Source: Zygnema circumcarinatum SAG 698-1b
Taxonomy: Eukaryota > Plantae > Zygnematophyceae
Assembly (NCBI GenBank): GCA_037447605.1
Contig: CM074810.1
Span: 806,001-870,000 of the forward strand
Reading direction: 5' to 3'
Length of the DNA: 64,000 nt
Shown here: positions 60,025 through 64,000 of the stretch, piece after piece
Position numbering within the stretch: position 1 is the stretch's first letter
How the letters are laid out: every line of letters begins with the position of its first letter
Program-made: the position numbers and the translations under genes
The notes under the pieces: model-generated
Told to the model about the DNA's origin: nothing
Database searches by the model: none
What the model saw: the letters and a program-made list of their open reading frames with translations, nothing else

Positions 60025-60543
60025 TAAAATAATATCCGTTGGGTTGACCTTTTTTTTTTAGAAACGGTAGAATGCTGTGCGCATAGCCGGAGGGGCGCTT
60101 CCGGGGCCGTAAAATTTCGAAAGGAGCGGTTAACCGTCGGATTATCGCATGCCCGGGCAGACGGAACTTCAGCCGTCGGATCATGACGTTTGGGACGGAG
60201 AGTTGACAGCCGTTAGATTGCAACAAATTGTGAGATGAAATATAAGCCGTTGGATCAGAGCCCTGTGAGACGGGGAACGCACAGCCGTCAGATCCTGCAC
60301 CACCTGGCGGAGAGTTGCCAGCTGGTGCAGGTACTGCAGGCAGCACCTGCGCTCTCTCTCTCGCTCGTTGACCACAGGAAGGGAGTGGGGGGAAGGCGGA
60401 GAGGAAAGTGATGCAGGAACTACTCTCCTGCACCTCCATGGATCTGCAATCTGCAGGTCGCTGATAGCTCTGGAGGGCCGAGGGGGGGGGCTGTGATGGG
60501 GGGCCCTGCAATGGGAGGCCCTGCGTCGGCAGGCGGAAGAGGC

Positions 60544-63500
60544 ATGTCTCTGCCGCTGCTGCTGCTGCTGCTCGGTATCCTCCTGCAAGCTGCTGGAGAG
60601 GCGGATCCGTCTGCTTCTGAGACTCAGGATGGTGAGTCTAGGGCTTGGATGAATGAGGGACTGGAAGGTTACGTGTATAATGGAAGTGAGGGACTGTTGT
60701 TCGACTAGTTGGCGTGTCAATATCCCCGCAGGGGCCGCTTGCATGGCAGCTTGGAAGGGTTATTCAGAATATGTTTTGGTTTTTGGTGCAGGACAAGCAC
60801 CTGTTGACGAGAAGAATCTGCTAAGGGACTTCATCGAGTGGTTGAAAGTAGAGGGTATGCCGGATATTGGAATGAATTCAAGTCCTGTTCAGGTAGAGTG
60901 CCTTTTTCGTTTACCTTTTCAAGAATGTGAATGCTTTGATACTAATGATTGGCAGAGGAATTTAAAATCCTGTTAATTAATACCTTTGAAGGTAGGAGAG
61001 CTGCATGATTTGCTCCTTAAAACCGGAAAATCTCCCACTTTGTTGTATCTGATCTCATGTCTAGACTGATTCACCTGATGGGAGCTGAATTCACATTTTA
61101 TGGTTCTCCCTATCGAGTATGTTCTGGTTAACCACCTTTATTGTGACTATACCCAGCCAATGGTGTCGTGAATAAGTCACATAAACACATAAATTTCCCG
61201 ATTTTTCATTCAACACTCTGTACCTCTCTTATCTGCTAGAAGATTCAGACTTGGACTTGAAGATCGATGTAATAACAAAGGATACATCGGAGATTAAGAG
61301 AAAATTGCTGTACCACCTCGAGCACAATCTATTGTGTCCGTTAATGATGTTTAATCTCTTTACTTATGGACAACGAGAGTGACCTTGCATGTACACACCC
61401 TCGTGACACTGACCTCTTATCGTCTTATGGACAACTTTCCATCTTTGGTCTGACCATACTCCATATTTGATTTGCCTTCAATACTGCAGCCCAAGTTACT
61501 AGAAGGGCAGGGCCGTACTCAAGCTCAACCGACGTCAATACTTGGTCTGTCTCCTTTGGCAACTGGCAAGTGGAAGGCCCGGTAGGTACGTCCCGCGGCC
61601 CTGTAGGAGGCTTTGGTTCTTGCAAGTGTGTTCAGGTTGTCAGTTTCACTAAAGTTAGGTGATGCAGATTCGATTCTGTTTTACATGAAATGCTGCATTG
61701 CATTCCACGACGTTACTGCATCCCTGTCTGTGAACAACCAGTTGTCAAGGCAAAGTTATACTCAAAGTATGCGCTTATGTTAAACCTTCAGGAAGCGGTG
61801 ACAATTGATGCATTTCCCTTATGGCGGCTGATTGCTTCTCTGAACCATTTTCCGACTTATTGAGTCAAAATGTCTGACGATGAGAAATTGAATGGTTGTC
61901 ATGATTTGATCCAAGTTTTTATCAGCCAAAAATGCAATAGATTTTTCGAATGCAATGCCGTCAGCAATCATAATTACATTGCATTTGGCATCTCACCAAT
62001 GCCACGACTTCGTCCCCTGTTGCATCGACACACTCGGTCAGGCTCAGGGAGGTGCAGATTGTTATGATGTTCTGCTATGCTTTGGCAAGACAGGGTATTG
62101 AAAATTAGAGTGGAGCTGAATTAAAGTAAGAAAAAACTGGCTTTAGGTCTGTCGGGTCTAAAAATTTTGCAGTTAACTCACATACCGAACACGTATGCAT
62201 GCAGTGCCAAGTTTGTCGATCCTTCAAATCTGACTTAAGTCTGGATTTGAACTTTGCTTTCATTTGTGCAGGTCAGGCATACGCTTGGTGGCGGCAAGAA
62301 ATGTGACGAAAGGAGATGTTCTTGCAGTTGTTCCAAGTCATCTCGTCATTTCTGCCAACCATGCCTTTGGCGAGGGTGAAGCTCCCTGCTCTGGCAGTGA
62401 TGTTATGCGGCAGGTGCCCTCCACGATCATTGCTATGGCAGCGTGGGTTCTCCAAGAGAAGGCTAAGGGGTCGGATTCATTATGGGCTCCATATATTGCC
62501 CTGCTTCCGAGCTATGTTCCCCTGCCATTCTATTACGAAGATGATCTGCTGGACGAATTTCAGGACAAGGACATGAAGATAATGGTAAGCTTATCGAATG
62601 TCGAAAAGTTTCCAGAGCAATGAGGGGGATATTAGGATTAGATTGAGTGGTGTAGTGTACTATAAGAATCCGCTATTCTGGGCTTGTCCACAATAGGAAT
62701 AATGGGACGACGAGTAGAAAGAGTGCAGGCCAACAAGTGAGTCATGGAGTGGAAAGTCGGGACAGGAATGGAGGTGGTGATGGCCCTTGATTGTGTATCA
62801 CGCTAGGTTTTCTGCCCGCTTTGAAGCAACGACCCCAGCCCTCCTATTTGGCATGGGGTGCTTGTCAGCAATGCTGCTTATTGACCCGGTTGATGGATTT
62901 TTAGTCTGCATGCTGCTGCTACCTGCAGTGCCGCTCTCTGAGAGGACTCTTCGAGGAGGTGCATAAGCGCTGCAATTCAGGAGTATTTGCCCATGCGAGC
63001 CTGGCAGAATTCATTTGGGCAATATCCATGACGCTCACGCGTAGTATTTCCCCTGGTATAAACGTTTGCGGCGCAGCAGCTCAAGTTGATGCGACCAAAC
63101 CATCAGCTGATCTGATCCTTGTGCCCCTAATGGACCTCATGGACCACAGTTTTGAAGAGCCTTCCGTATCATACAAGGTATCTACCTGACGATTTCAGTA
63201 TTCTTATACATTGACTATTCTGAATGACTACACAAGACTTGGGAATTCCTAATGCATGTGAACAATAGCTCTTGCTAAACGATAGGCTTGGCTCTGTCGG
63301 CCAACTGGATGCTTGTGTACGCTTGTTGTTGGCTTGTGGCCAATCTTGTCTACGCTTTATGCGCGTGTGTTATTTTAACCAACCACCACTTTTTAAATTG
63401 TTCACGTATTTGGCCTGTGACGAATACGGTATGGCTAACAGGGCAGAGGCTGGATTCGTCCAAAATGCGTCTTTGAAGCTTGGTTTGCTTGGTTTGCTTT

Positions 63501-64000
63501 GTTTTTTTTTTTTGTTTGTTTGTTTGGTTTGGTTTGGTTTGCTTTAGTCTTATGACCGAGCTCTTCCCTGTATCATTTTGATCTTCTATTTTTTTTTCTT
63601 TACTGATATCGGAAGAGGTTTCTTCTTGATATTCACTTACAGTCAGATCAGCACCTTCTTCTGTACCTTCTCCACCAAACTTGCTACCTCATGCATGTGT
63701 CTGCAGTCATATATCACTGGTGACCGGTCATCTCAAGATTCCTGTTTGTGTCAATGTATTCCATGTTGAAGTGCAACGCCGACGGTTCCCTCTCACTTTA
63801 CGCCACAAGTGACGTTTCCATGGGAGCGCCCCTGTACATGAACTATGCCTCATTATCGAATAGTGAGTGGGTGATTAAGTACGGTTTCTCCGCAAATGAA
63901 AACCCGCATGACTATGCCACAATGTTCCATACTATTCCTGAAGTAGTCGATTACTATGTCACAAACTTCCGCCAACATGATTTCAATGACATCGACAAAG
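60544..64000 (+). CDS. SET-domain protein methyltransferase (Rubisco LSMT/SETD3-like) with an apparent N-terminal signal peptide; 3' end outside the window
   Basis: MSLPLLLLLLGILLQAAGEA...D|GQAP...RDFIEWLKVEG, GIRLVAARNVTKGDVLAVVP, EKAKGSDSLWAPYIALLP, FIWAISMTLTRS, LVPLMDLMDHS, LYMNYASLSNSEWVIKYGF and NPHD. A 23-nt exon at ~61637-61659 reconciles the splice phases. Upstream in-frame ATGs at 60496 and 60511. Confidence 0.85.

Overview
Eukaryotic nuclear DNA, gene-dense and intron-rich (GT-AG introns, at least one GC-AG), with abundant GA/CT microsatellites and four 10-N gaps. The gene set is plant-like, and I infer a streptophyte alga, plausibly Zygnematophyceae; the organism cannot be fixed from sequence alone. 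About 13 protein-coding genes can be reconstructed by eye. In order: a 5'-truncated AAA_33-type P-loop kinase, a membrane-anchored SGNH hydrolase, a low-complexity protein with a C-terminal zinc ribbon, an LPR1/CotA-type multicopper oxidase, a plastid fibrillin-like protein, photolyase-like PHR2, a polysaccharide pyruvyltransferase, Rubisco chaperone RbcX, an orphan Ala-rich ORF, a fungal-type (AKR3C-like) aldo-keto reductase, NEF1, an ER thioredoxin-fold protein (CKPC, KDEL), and a 3'-truncated SET-domain protein with an apparent signal peptide. Three copies of a ~0.93 kb non-autonomous foldback DNA transposon are present, each with a perfect 8-bp target-site duplication; two of them are inserted 5 bp apart. 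There is also a smaller related inverted-repeat element, an eroded local duplication and a 1.5 kb intronic (GA)n/(TA)n tract. No rRNA, tRNA or CRISPR array was recognised. Exon boundaries were read manually and family assignments come from remembered motifs, not database searches.
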